DNA from: Candidatus Pacearchaeota archaeon
Lineage (GTDB): Archaea; Nanobdellota; Nanobdellia; Pacearchaeales; GW2011-AR1
DNA length: 64,000 bases
Direction of reading: 5' to 3'
Assembly (NCBI GenBank): GCA_041649045.1
Contig: JBAZNV010000001.1
Location: 19,756 to 83,755 of the forward strand
The notes beneath the pieces are model-generated. The model did not search any database, had not been told where the DNA came from, and saw only the letters and a program-made list of their open reading frames with translations. This document shows positions 39,409 to 48,235 of this stretch, one piece after another (position 1 is the stretch's first letter; every line of letters begins with the position of its first letter). The position numbers and the translations under genes were made by a program.

Positions 39409-40605
39409 ATGAAAAGAAATTTGCTTTTTGTTCCTTTCGTCGCAGTTTTGACTCTTTTTGTTGTTGGTGCTTCGGCGGCTGAACTTGCGAATAGTGACTT
39501 TGAAACAACATTCAATGGTGTTGAATTATCTGATGATGTTCTCTTCGCGGGGATGGTCGGAGATTCGGTGCCAGTGAGAGTAACTTTCAATGCACTTGAA
39601 GATTCGAGTAATGTTCGTGTAAGGATCAGAATGGAAGGCATAAGGGAAGACATATCTGCTTCGACTGAAAGATTTGATATTATCAGCGGAGTAACGTATA
39701 CAAAGTCTTTAACTTTAGAACTTCCAAGTGATTTGGCGGACACTGATAAGGAGTATACTCTTTATGTTGAAATAGTTTCGGCTGACGGCAGAACTGAAAG
39801 AATGTACTCGATTGTTATGCAAAGAGAATCGTACGAAGTTGAAATTTTGGCTGTTGACTATAACTCAAGAGTTGCGGGCAACGAAGTTGTTCCTGTATCT
39901 GTTGTTGTTAAGAATTCCGGCTTTAATCGATTAGATGATGTTTTCGTTTTGGTTTCTATTCCTGAACTTGGGATAATGTCAAGAGGTTACCTTGGTGACT
40001 TAATTCCAGTAGAAGATTATAGTGACGATTACGAAGATGAAGAAGATTCTGTATCGAAAACTGTTTATTTCAGAGCTCCAGAAAATGTCAAGAGCGGCAT
40101 TTACGAAATGGAAATAATAGTTTACAATGACGATTTCGAAACATCTGTCAAGAGATTGATAAGTGTTGGAGAAGATGGCGTCGTAAATGTTATTGCAGCC
40201 GTAAAGAACAAGGATTTAAAAGCAGGAGAAACTGTAACTTACGATTTGATTATCGTGAATTCTGCAGACAATGTTAGGGTTTTCAACTTGGAAGAAATTT
40301 CAGGAAATGATTTGACTGTTGTTGTTCCTTCGGTAATTACCGTTGGTCCAAAATCCAGTGAAACCGTTTCAATTAGCGTGACAGCTGATGAGAATGCTGA
40401 AGTTGGGACACGAACGTTTTCGGTAGAAGTTGATGGCGAATCTGTAGTCTTCGGTGCTAATGTTGTTGAAGATGGTTATTCGACATCCGTAGTCGCCTTG
40501 ACTGTGATACTTGTTATCGTGTTCATTGTTCTTCTTGCTGTGCTAATAATTCTTCTTACGAGAAAGGAAAAGCCAATGGAAGAAGTAGAAACGAGCTACT
40601 ATTAA
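39409..40605 (+). CDS. cell-surface protein (signal peptide, Ig-like beta-rich ectodomain, C-terminal TM anchor)
   Basis: MKRNLLFVPFVAVLTLFVVGASAA signal; C-terminal VVALTVILVIVFIVLLAVLIILL. Confidence 0.55.
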   Translation: MKRNLLFVPFVAVLTLFVVGASAAELANSDFETTFNGVELSDDVLFAGMVGDSVPVRVTFNALEDSSNVRVRIRMEGIREDISASTERFDIISGVTYTKSLTLELPSDLADTDKEYTLYVEIVSADGRTERMYSIVMQRESYEVEILAVDYNSRVAGNEVVPVSVVVKNSGFNRLDDVFVLVSIPELGIMSRGYLGDLIPVEDYSDDYEDEEDSVSKTVYFRAPENVKSGIYEMEIIVYNDDFETSVKRLISVGEDGVVNVIAAVKNKDLKAGETVTYDLIIVNSADNVRVFNLEEISGNDLTVVVPSVITVGPKSSETVSISVTADENAEVGTRTFSVEVDGESVVFGANVVEDGYSTSVVALTVILVIVFIVLLAVLIILLTRKEKPMEEVETSYY

Positions 40606-40647
40606 TTTTTTTAATTCCTCTTTAATTTTTGAGGATTTTTTGTTTTA

Positions 40648-40840
40648 GCAAGCTTTTTAGAAAAAAGTTTGCTGGGTAAAAACTTAGGGTGCGAAATCTT
40701 CGATTTCGTATTTAATGCGAGAAAAATTATCTTCACGGTTTCGTGTGAAGACGCGTCGGTCATTGCATTTGCCACGACACTCGCCGCTCAAAATTTTATC
40801 TCGCTCGTATTTCGCTCTTCGTGCGCGAGCAGACGCGTAA
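40648..40840 (+). repeat. GC-rich structured intergenic element, copy A (3-member family)
   Basis: Shares 5' about 75 nt with copy C and about 150 nt (about 85% identity) with copy B; conserved core cgtatttaatgcgagaaaaatt followed by hairpins. Confidence 0.6.
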
Positions 40841-40843
40841 AAT

Positions 40844-41302
40844 ATGGAGAAAATGGAAAGACAAAGAATAATACAACCAGAGAAAGAAATTATAATTTAT
40901 CATATTGGAAAATACGAAGATGGGGGACGGGGGCATTTTGGACGAGAATTTGGAGTGTGGTCGCAAATATATCCGTGTCATCTAGAACCTGATAATAAGG
41001 GAGGGTTGATTTATGTTTTGGGAAAGGGCAGTAGGGTGGGCAATTTTTCGGGCAATTTTTTTAGACAAGAATTAATGGGGGCTCTTAGGGCTTTATACAA
41101 TGAACCTTCCCTATCAGTATTAAGAATGTATAGGGTCTGGGATGCAGACTCTTATATTTCTGTAGAAGAAGAGGATAAACTAATTTCGCCAGGGAAAGAA
41201 TTTGTTGATGAGTTATTGGAAACTTCTGCAGTTAGTTTAAAATTAAGAACTGAACCAGTAGGTCAATTAATTAAGGAGGGGTTGATAGAGTTAGCTAGAT
41301 AA
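40844..41302 (+). CDS. hypothetical protein (152 aa)
   Basis: ORF immediately downstream of element A; first of a five-gene co-oriented block. Confidence 0.4.
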   Translation: MEKMERQRIIQPEKEIIIYHIGKYEDGGRGHFGREFGVWSQIYPCHLEPDNKGGLIYVLGKGSRVGNFSGNFFRQELMGALRALYNEPSLSVLRMYRVWDADSYISVEEEDKLISPGKEFVDELLETSAVSLKLRTEPVGQLIKEGLIELAR

Positions 41303-41341
41303 GATGGGAGAAAATTTAGAAAGAGAAATTGGGAGAGAAAA

Positions 41342-41599
41342 ATGAAGAGAAAAATATCTGGAAATTTTAGAAGAGAAGAAACTGGGGCAGATATTGTTGC
41401 CGATGTAGTTTTTAGAGTGTTATTGCCCGCAGCGTTTTTAATTGGAACTAACTATTTTACTAGATGTATGGTCGAAAGAGAAATGAGAAGTTTTTATGAA
41501 CCAATTATAAATTCATCTACTCCAGAAATCGTTCATTCCGACGATAGACTTTATGAACAAATAAGGAATTGGTATAAAAGAGAAAATGGTAGAAAATAA
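41342..41599 (+). CDS. hypothetical protein (85 aa)
   Basis: ORF, part of co-oriented block. Confidence 0.35.
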   Translation: MKRKISGNFRREETGADIVADVVFRVLLPAAFLIGTNYFTRCMVEREMRSFYEPIINSSTPEIVHSDDRLYEQIRNWYKRENGRK

Positions 41600-41605
41600 A
41601 AGAAA

Positions 41606-41932
41606 ATGATACATAGATTATATAGAAATGGAATAAGGAAAATAACTATTATAGATGGCAATGATTTTGTTGGAAGAATAGAAGGAAATATTGAAACAAA
41701 AACGGTGCAAAGGGGAATTTATCATGGAAGAAGGGAATCTGATACCTTATATTATTTAAATACAAAAGACGAGAAGTTGAGAATTTCATTTTGTGGTCGT
41801 GGAAGAATAAGGGATATTAGATCATTTTTTCAGTCCTCAATGTCTGAGTATTATTGGGTAATTAATTTAAAGGCTTTGCAAAATTTAAATCCGAATTACA
41901 AAATATCCAGTCATTTACGGCAAATCAAATAA
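41606..41932 (+). CDS. hypothetical protein (108 aa)
   Basis: ORF, part of co-oriented block. Confidence 0.35.
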   Translation: MIHRLYRNGIRKITIIDGNDFVGRIEGNIETKTVQRGIYHGRRESDTLYYLNTKDEKLRISFCGRGRIRDIRSFFQSSMSEYYWVINLKALQNLNPNYKISSHLRQIK

Positions 41933-41937
41933 ATAAA

Positions 41938-42330
41938 ATGAGAAAAGTAATAGACTATCAAATTGGAAGGTTAGAGGGGGATTTGACGAAGAATCACAAA
42001 TTTATAGTGGAAGAAAGAGACTCTGTCGATGGTTTGGTTTTGGTTTATCATTCTCATATTGTTGATAATTTTGGACAACCTCTTCATAAAAAAATTGTAA
42101 AAATATTCAGTATAAAAAAAGATAGTATATTGGGAGGCGGGTTTGTATTCACTGATGCCTCAATCTTAAATTTTTGTGACTATTCGACAGATTTTGGTGC
42201 TGTTCCGCAATCGGTTCTTGAAAAGTTTGGAGGATTACTTTTACCAAGATATCAAAACGTAGGAATTGAGAGAATTAAAATTGATGTCGATGAAAGAGAT
42301 TTAATGGATTGGTGGAAGGAGATTGTGTGA
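41938..42330 (+). CDS. hypothetical protein (130 aa)
   Basis: ORF, part of co-oriented block. Confidence 0.35.
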   Translation: MRKVIDYQIGRLEGDLTKNHKFIVEERDSVDGLVLVYHSHIVDNFGQPLHKKIVKIFSIKKDSILGGGFVFTDASILNFCDYSTDFGAVPQSVLEKFGGLLLPRYQNVGIERIKIDVDERDLMDWWKEIV

Positions 42331-42596
42331 AGATGGAAGATTGGTGGGGATATCGAGTTATGGAAATGGAAAAAGCAGTTAGAGATATGGGGGTTAGTTC
42401 TGCATTTTTGGCGCATTATTCTCAATTAAGAGGATTAGTCAAGGGAGACGTCGAGAATCTAGAATTAAAAATAGCTATTCAAAGATACAGGGCTTTTAGA
42501 AGTTTATATGAAGTTAAGAATAGTGGAAGGTTGGCAATGTTTGATGGGCAAGTTTCTGCGTTGACTAAAGGATTGAGTAGAATTTGTTTAATATAA
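42309..42596 (+). CDS. hypothetical protein (95 aa)
   Basis: ORF overlapping previous by 22 nt. Confidence 0.35.
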   Translation: MVEGDCVKMEDWWGYRVMEMEKAVRDMGVSSAFLAHYSQLRGLVKGDVENLELKIAIQRYRAFRSLYEVKNSGRLAMFDGQVSALTKGLSRICLI

Positions 42597-42771
42597 AATG
42601 AATGAGCATTGGTGACCCGATTTTCGCAATCAAATTTTTGTTATCAAAGGTGACCCGATTTTTCGCGATGATCAAGTTTTCGCGTGTTTCCCGCCCGCCC
42701 CGAATTAATCGCTTCGCTCCAAAGTTGTAATATGGGGAGTTAAAATACTAACAGTAAAAGAAAAACTTAAG
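42597..42771. repeat. GC-rich segment between convergent genes with tandem ggtgacccgatttt(t)cgc repeats
   Basis: ggtgacccgattttcgc at 42612 and ggtgacccgatttttcgcg at 42651; similar gatgacccgagtcattttg at 16640. Confidence 0.45.
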
Positions 42772-45636
42772 TTATACCTTCAAACTTACAACTTTAGAAA
42801 TATTTTCTTGCATTGAGACTCCGTACAAGCTTGTGGCTTCGGAGATTAGTGTATCGTTATGTGTGATAATTATATACTGACCTGTCGTTTTATATTTTTT
42901 TATAAGGGCTGCGAGAAGTTCTGAGTTATGTTTGTCGAGGGCTGCGTCAATCTCATCAAAGATATAAAATGAATATGGGCTATATTCCTGAATTGCGAAA
43001 ATAAGAGATAGGGCGACGAGAGTTTTTTCTCCTCCTGACAAACTTGTAACGTCGAAATATTTTCCCCTGGAAACTTTTACTAAAATATTTAATCCTCCTT
43101 GAAATGGTTCTTTTTTATTTTCTATCTCAAGAAATACTTCTCCTTTTTTTGAGAGTTGTTTGAAATTCCTGGTGAAAAACTCGTTTACTGAGTTTAAGGT
43201 GCCAAAGAAAGCCTTTTTTTTCTTTTTATCAATTTCTGAAATAATATTTTGAATTTTTGATTTTTCGTTTTCGATTGTTTCGACTTTTTTCTTTATCGAT
43301 TCACATTGCTCCTGAACTTGTTCAAAAATTTCCAGGGCTCTCATATTTACGCTTCCGAGCTGCGAAATTTTGAATTGTGCTTTTTGAAGCCGATCTTTTA
43401 TTTCTTCTATTGGGAACTGAAAAATTTCGACATTTCCGAATTCGGATATTTCGGATTTCAATGATTCCATTTGGGCTGAAAACTGAGCCTTTTGTATTTT
43501 GTTGGAATTAGTCTTGTCTTCGAGGTTTTTAATTGTGTGTGACAATCCAATAATATCAGTTTCAATCGCTTTTTGTTTATCTTGGATTTCGTTTTTTTGA
43601 GAAAAGAATTTCTGGAATTTTTCGTAAAGTTGTTGTTCTTCGTTTTCTTTTTTTGCAAGAAGTTTTTCTTTTTCAGAAATTAGTATAGAAATTTTTTTTA
43701 TTTCAACGAGAGAGTCCTCGATGTCCCTTATGGTTTTTTTCATGTCAACGGTCAACCTGTTTATTTCGCGTTCCTTGACGGTGACTTCTGTATCAATATT
43801 AATATCCTGAAATGAAATTTCCTGAAGTTTAAGTCTTGCTTCGTCATACTTTTCTTCAACGTCTTTAAGTTTTTCAAAATCATTCTTCAAATTTTGTAGT
43901 TTTTCTTTTTGTCTGGAAATTTCATTCCTATTTTCTTCAATTTCTTTACGAATTTTTTCAATCTGATTTTTTTTGTCATCAATATTTTTTATTTTTATTT
44001 TATCAATGTTTAATTCATTAATTTTGAAATTTAATTTTGAAATTTCTTCTTTTAGTGATGAAATTTTATTTTTATCCTCTTCTTTTGTTTCAAGATTTTT
44101 TGCGAGTTCTTTTTTTGCATTCAAAATTTTTTCATTGGCTTCGAAGGAAATTTTATGCTTGTGATCTTGCGTGACTTCTTGTTTGCATATTGGGCAGTTT
44201 TGAAGTTTTATGACATCTTCCCTTAATTTTTCTTCTCGTTCAATTTCTTTTTCAAGGATAGCATTATTTTTTTCTTTTTCCAAAATTTCTTTTTCTGACT
44301 CAGCAAAAGATTGTTCAATTTTTTTCATTCTTTGGAGGGCTTCTTCTTTTATCTTTTCAATTTGGTTAATATCTTTTTCATATTTTATTTCATTGGCGAG
44401 GGATTCAATATTGTTTTTTAATAACTTTATTTCCTGTTCATTTTCTATGATTGATTTTTCTTTTTCTTCTTTTTTATTTTCGAAGGTTGAAATTTCCGAT
44501 TTTAACATGTAAAATTTTCTTCTTTGTTGTTCCAGAATATCAAATTTTTCTTGCAAATTCTTTGAAAGTTCTTTTTGTTTTTTTATTTCAGGAGAATTTT
44601 TTTGTATTTGGGAAATTTCTTCATTTAATTTGCTGATTTTTTCTTTAATTTGGGAAATTTTTTCATTTCCCTGAATTTTTCTATTCTCGTAGTTTTCAAG
44701 CCTTACCGTGAGTCCAGCCAAATCCGCCTTTAAATCTGAAAGTTCTTTGTGAAGATTTTCTTGTTCATTACTTGTTGAAGATTGTATTTGTTTATTTATT
44801 ACATATATTTTATTTTGCAATTCTTCGACGGCAAGATTCTTCATATTAATTTCTTTTTTTATTTTATCGATTTCTTTTTCATAATTTTCTATTATTTTAT
44901 TTATTCCCCAGATTTCTTTTTCTTTTTCTTTTATATTCTTTGAAATTATTGTAGCTTTGCATTTTTTTATTGTTTCTTCGAGTTTTTGATGAGAAATCGC
45001 TTCTTGTTTTTCTTTCTCCAAGTTTTTTAGGAAAGCGTTTCTTTCTCTTAAAATTGCCGAGACTTCTTTCAGGCTTTCTTCGGCTTTTTCAAGTTCTCGC
45101 AAACTTTTATGTTTTCTTGTTTCATATATGGAAATTCCGGCGACTTCTTCTATTATTTGTCTTCTTTCTTCGGACGTTGATTTCACGAGAGATTGTATTT
45201 CTCCCTGCAAAACAATGTTGAACCCGTTCGGGTCAATTCCTCCTTGCGCCAAAAGCTCGATTAATTCCTGTCTTGTTTTAGTTTCGTTGTTTATTTTGTA
45301 TATAGATAGCCCATTTTTTCTTACAATTCTTTTTATTGTAAGTTCGTTAGAATTTATAGAGAACGTCTTGTCGGTGTTATCGAAAATGATTTCAACAAAA
45401 GCTTCGTTTGAGCCTTTGTAATTTTTGTTTCCCGAGAAAAGGAGATTTGCGGCTTTTGCGGCCCTTATGGATTTAATAGAAAGCCTTCCCAGGACGAAGC
45501 ATAATGCGTCTGTGATATTAGATTTTCCTGAGCCATTTGGTCCGACAATAATATTCATTGAATTTTCGAGAGGGATTTCGGTTTTCCTTGCAAAACTTTT
45601 GAAACCTTGCATCACAATCTTTTTTATGTAAGTCAT
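42772..45636 (-). CDS. SMC-type ATPase (954 aa) with Rad50-like CxxC zinc hook at coiled-coil midpoint instead of a hinge
   Basis: SMC-type head motifs FKSF, IVGPNGSGKSNITDALCFVLG, LSGGEKTLVALSLIFAIQ, FYIFDEIDAALD; CPIC at residue 481 of 954. Confidence 0.7.
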   Translation of the reverse strand: MTYIKKIVMQGFKSFARKTEIPLENSMNIIVGPNGSGKSNITDALCFVLGRLSIKSIRAAKAANLLFSGNKNYKGSNEAFVEIIFDNTDKTFSINSNELTIKRIVRKNGLSIYKINNETKTRQELIELLAQGGIDPNGFNIVLQGEIQSLVKSTSEERRQIIEEVAGISIYETRKHKSLRELEKAEESLKEVSAILRERNAFLKNLEKEKQEAISHQKLEETIKKCKATIISKNIKEKEKEIWGINKIIENYEKEIDKIKKEINMKNLAVEELQNKIYVINKQIQSSTSNEQENLHKELSDLKADLAGLTVRLENYENRKIQGNEKISQIKEKISKLNEEISQIQKNSPEIKKQKELSKNLQEKFDILEQQRRKFYMLKSEISTFENKKEEKEKSIIENEQEIKLLKNNIESLANEIKYEKDINQIEKIKEEALQRMKKIEQSFAESEKEILEKEKNNAILEKEIEREEKLREDVIKLQNCPICKQEVTQDHKHKISFEANEKILNAKKELAKNLETKEEDKNKISSLKEEISKLNFKINELNIDKIKIKNIDDKKNQIEKIRKEIEENRNEISRQKEKLQNLKNDFEKLKDVEEKYDEARLKLQEISFQDINIDTEVTVKEREINRLTVDMKKTIRDIEDSLVEIKKISILISEKEKLLAKKENEEQQLYEKFQKFFSQKNEIQDKQKAIETDIIGLSHTIKNLEDKTNSNKIQKAQFSAQMESLKSEISEFGNVEIFQFPIEEIKDRLQKAQFKISQLGSVNMRALEIFEQVQEQCESIKKKVETIENEKSKIQNIISEIDKKKKKAFFGTLNSVNEFFTRNFKQLSKKGEVFLEIENKKEPFQGGLNILVKVSRGKYFDVTSLSGGEKTLVALSLIFAIQEYSPYSFYIFDEIDAALDKHNSELLAALIKKYKTTGQYIIITHNDTLISEATSLYGVSMQENISKVVSLKV

Positions 45637-45730
45637 GTTTATTGAAGCATAGAGGAGTTTTTAAGGATTAGGGGAAGATGATATTTAATAAATTCGCATA
45701 ATTTAAAAATAATTAATATATCAGTAAGCT

Positions 45731-46654
45731 GTGGGAAATGAAATAATACTGGTTGACATAGGGTCTTCGACTGTTAAAATGTATTTGGCTAACGAAAATC
45801 AAATTTTGCTTAAAAAAATAGAAAATATTTTCTTTAATGTTGAATTTTCGCCCGATGGATTAAGTCCAGATAACGAAAAAAAGTTAGTTGAATTTCTATT
45901 GAATTTAAAGAAGGATTACCCGTCGGTCCCAATTTTTATTTATGCAACTGCGGTTTTTAGAAAATTGAATGTAGAAGCCAGAAAAAAATTATCAGATAAA
46001 ATTTATGAGAAAACAGAACTAATTTTTAATTTGATTTCGCACGAGATGGAAAATTTTTATTTAGAACAGGCGCTGCTTGACAATTTTGACTTGAAAGAAC
46101 CGGTGCTTTTAATTAATGTCGGCGGAGGATCTACCGAATTTGTTGTCGTAAATAATAAAAAAAGTATTGAGAGAAAAAATATTGATATTGGCGTTGGCGC
46201 GTTGTTAAAAAAATTTCCTGAAGTTAATAACGAACTTTCGTCTATTGATAAAAAAATTATTATTGATTTTATAGAGCCTGAACTTCCCGATATAGAAAAC
46301 AAACCATCTAAAGCATTTTATACTGGAGGGGAACTAAGTTATATGCAACTTGCTAATTATCCTCTGAAGAAAAATATTTTTTTTAATGATTCTGCTCATC
46401 CGAGCGTTATAAGTTTTGAGGACTTTTCAATAAAGAATGATGAAGTTTTTTCTAAAATTAAACTTTCTGAACTTGAAAAATTAATGCCAGATTCTCCTAA
46501 GTGGATGCATGGAGCCAGAGTTTGTTCTGCCTTTGTCGAGGCAATCTGCAAGAAGTATAACATTGGGCATATAATTCCATCTGATTCAAATTTAATAGAC
46601 GGAATTTTTGCGCATCAATTTAAAGATAAGGCCTTGAGATTGTCAGGGGAATAG
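45731..46654 (+). CDS. Ppx/GppA-family phosphatase (ASKHA fold)
   Basis: ILVDIGSSTVKMYL and INVGGGSTEFVV phosphate-binding motifs. Confidence 0.55.
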   Translation: MGNEIILVDIGSSTVKMYLANENQILLKKIENIFFNVEFSPDGLSPDNEKKLVEFLLNLKKDYPSVPIFIYATAVFRKLNVEARKKLSDKIYEKTELIFNLISHEMENFYLEQALLDNFDLKEPVLLINVGGGSTEFVVVNNKKSIERKNIDIGVGALLKKFPEVNNELSSIDKKIIIDFIEPELPDIENKPSKAFYTGGELSYMQLANYPLKKNIFFNDSAHPSVISFEDFSIKNDEVFSKIKLSELEKLMPDSPKWMHGARVCSAFVEAICKKYNIGHIIPSDSNLIDGIFAHQFKDKALRLSGE

Positions 46655-46714
46655 GTTTAGAAATTGAGCTATCTAACATTAGAAAAGAATTTGTTTTATT
46701 TTTTGGGAGATAGT

Positions 46715-47368
46715 TTAGTATAATTTTTTCTGCTCCTTTTCTTTTTCTAATTTCTTTACAGTATCCCAAGAGAAACGAATTAAGTTTTTATATTTTGGAT
46801 TTTTATAATTTTCTTTGACGAATTTTTGTGTTTTAGGGTCGGACGGATAGCCGCTTCCAAAATCAATTCCATATTCTTTTTTCAATTTTTTTACTTCGGT
46901 TTCTCGCATTTCTTTGGCGACTATTGATGCTGCCGAAACAATCGGATGATTGAAATCGGCTTTGTGTTCGCATTTCATTGTTATTAGTTCTGTTTTTTTT
47001 AGCAATTTAAAAACATCCTCGTTCCATGCGATTAAATTTACCGAAGGGCAGTCCAGAATTATTTCAACTGGCTCGTCGATGTTCCCCATGAGCTTATTTA
47101 TAATTTTTGCAGCTTTTATAGCTTCAGTGTAGTTTAGGTTTGCAGAATTGTCAATTTCATTCGGGTGGGTTATCTCGAAATGGTATTTGTATTTTCTCTT
47201 TATTTTTTTGGAGAGCATTTTTCTTTTTTTAGGGGGAAGAAGTTTTGAATCTTTTGCGCCCCATTTTTTTAAAATATCGTTATCTTTTTTTTCTGCCAAA
47301 ACTCCTGATAGTATCATGGGACCCAAAACTGGTCCTCTGCCGGCGTCGTCAATTCCTATTATTTTCAT
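46715..47368 (-). CDS. rnhB: ribonuclease HII
   Basis: MKIIGIDDAGRGPVLGPM N-terminal catalytic motif. Confidence 0.8.
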   Translation of the reverse strand: MKIIGIDDAGRGPVLGPMILSGVLAEKKDNDILKKWGAKDSKLLPPKKRKMLSKKIKRKYKYHFEITHPNEIDNSANLNYTEAIKAAKIINKLMGNIDEPVEIILDCPSVNLIAWNEDVFKLLKKTELITMKCEHKADFNHPIVSAASIVAKEMRETEVKKLKKEYGIDFGSGYPSDPKTQKFVKENYKNPKYKNLIRFSWDTVKKLEKEKEQKKLY

Positions 47369-47421
47369 AAATATTCAAAATGGAGATATTTATAATGGTT
47401 TTGTAAGACGAGAAAATATTG

Positions 47422-47447
47422 ATAGCGGGGGTATTAAAGGAAAATAG
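47422..47447 (+). repeat. direct repeat copy 1 (atagcgggggtattaaaggaaaatag) flanking gene 47471..47989
   Basis: Matches 48054..48084 with one 4-nt and one 1-nt indel. Confidence 0.5.
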
Positions 47448-47470
47448 TTGAGGAGAATATAAGAATTATT

Positions 47471-47989
47471 TTATTTACGCTGTTTGACCCAAAAAAATCC
47501 AACAACTAGTCCGATAATAATTAAGCTTCCACCGACAATATTTCTGGCTGAAGTTGTTAAAGTTCCGATTGCGTTACCGGTAAAAGAAAAGGAAAGAAAA
47601 AAAAGACCAGAAAGAAAAGTTAGAATGGAAATAACTGAAGTAATATCTCTTAAAAAATTAAAACTTTTATTTCTTTGCGTTATGGGTAATCTATAATTTA
47701 AATCTCTTGACATTCGTGCACATCTTGTAGCATCGCTTCTGCTACCCTTTTCTTTATAAGTTTCGGCAAGCTGTTCAAAACATTCAGAGATTTCACGAAT
47801 CTCACCCGGACTTTTTTCAGTAGAATCTCTATATATTTCGGCCATAGAGCTAAAACCTCCATCTTTACTAAGAATTGTTTTACTTTCGGCTTCAGGATGT
47901 TCAAAATCTTCTCCCGAAAGAAGTTCTATCCAAGTTTTTTTATCTTGCCCTTCTTTTTCTTTTCCTCCAGGGTATTCTTTTTTACTCAT
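47471..47989 (-). CDS. hypothetical protein with C-terminal TM helices
   Basis: ORF; flanked by direct repeats. Confidence 0.4.
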   Translation of the reverse strand: MSKKEYPGGKEKEGQDKKTWIELLSGEDFEHPEAESKTILSKDGGFSSMAEIYRDSTEKSPGEIREISECFEQLAETYKEKGSRSDATRCARMSRDLNYRLPITQRNKSFNFLRDITSVISILTFLSGLFFLSFSFTGNAIGTLTTSARNIVGGSLIIIGLVVGFFWVKQRK

Positions 47990-48053
47990 TTATTTTTTAA
48001 TTTAGATTTCTTAATAAACATTTCCAAATAGCCATCGCGGAAAATTTATAGTC

Positions 48054-48084
48054 ATAGCGGGGGCAAGTATTAAAGGAAAAGTAG
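48054..48084 (+). repeat. direct repeat copy 2 (atagcgggggcaagtattaaaggaaaagtag)
   Basis: See copy 1. Confidence 0.5.
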
Positions 48085-48235
48085 CGAACGAGGCTATAAG
48101 AAAAGAAAAAATTATTCATTATAAATCAAATGCAATTAAATTGTATTTTAATAACCTTTTTTCTTATTAAATATTTTATCTTTTTTCTTTAATAAGAAAA
48201 GAAATATTTATATAGCAACGTAAGTAATCTTTATT

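Noticed and set aside
40669-40992. ORFs 40669..40992 (+) and 40796..40981 (-) running through GC-rich element A
   Set aside because: They coincide with a non-coding repeat that has two paralogs with no conserved reading frame. More likely structural RNA or regulatory DNA.
43458-45631. Multiple plus- and minus-strand short ORFs inside the SMC-like gene
   Set aside because: Lys/Glu-rich coiled-coil coding DNA produces low-complexity antisense ORFs
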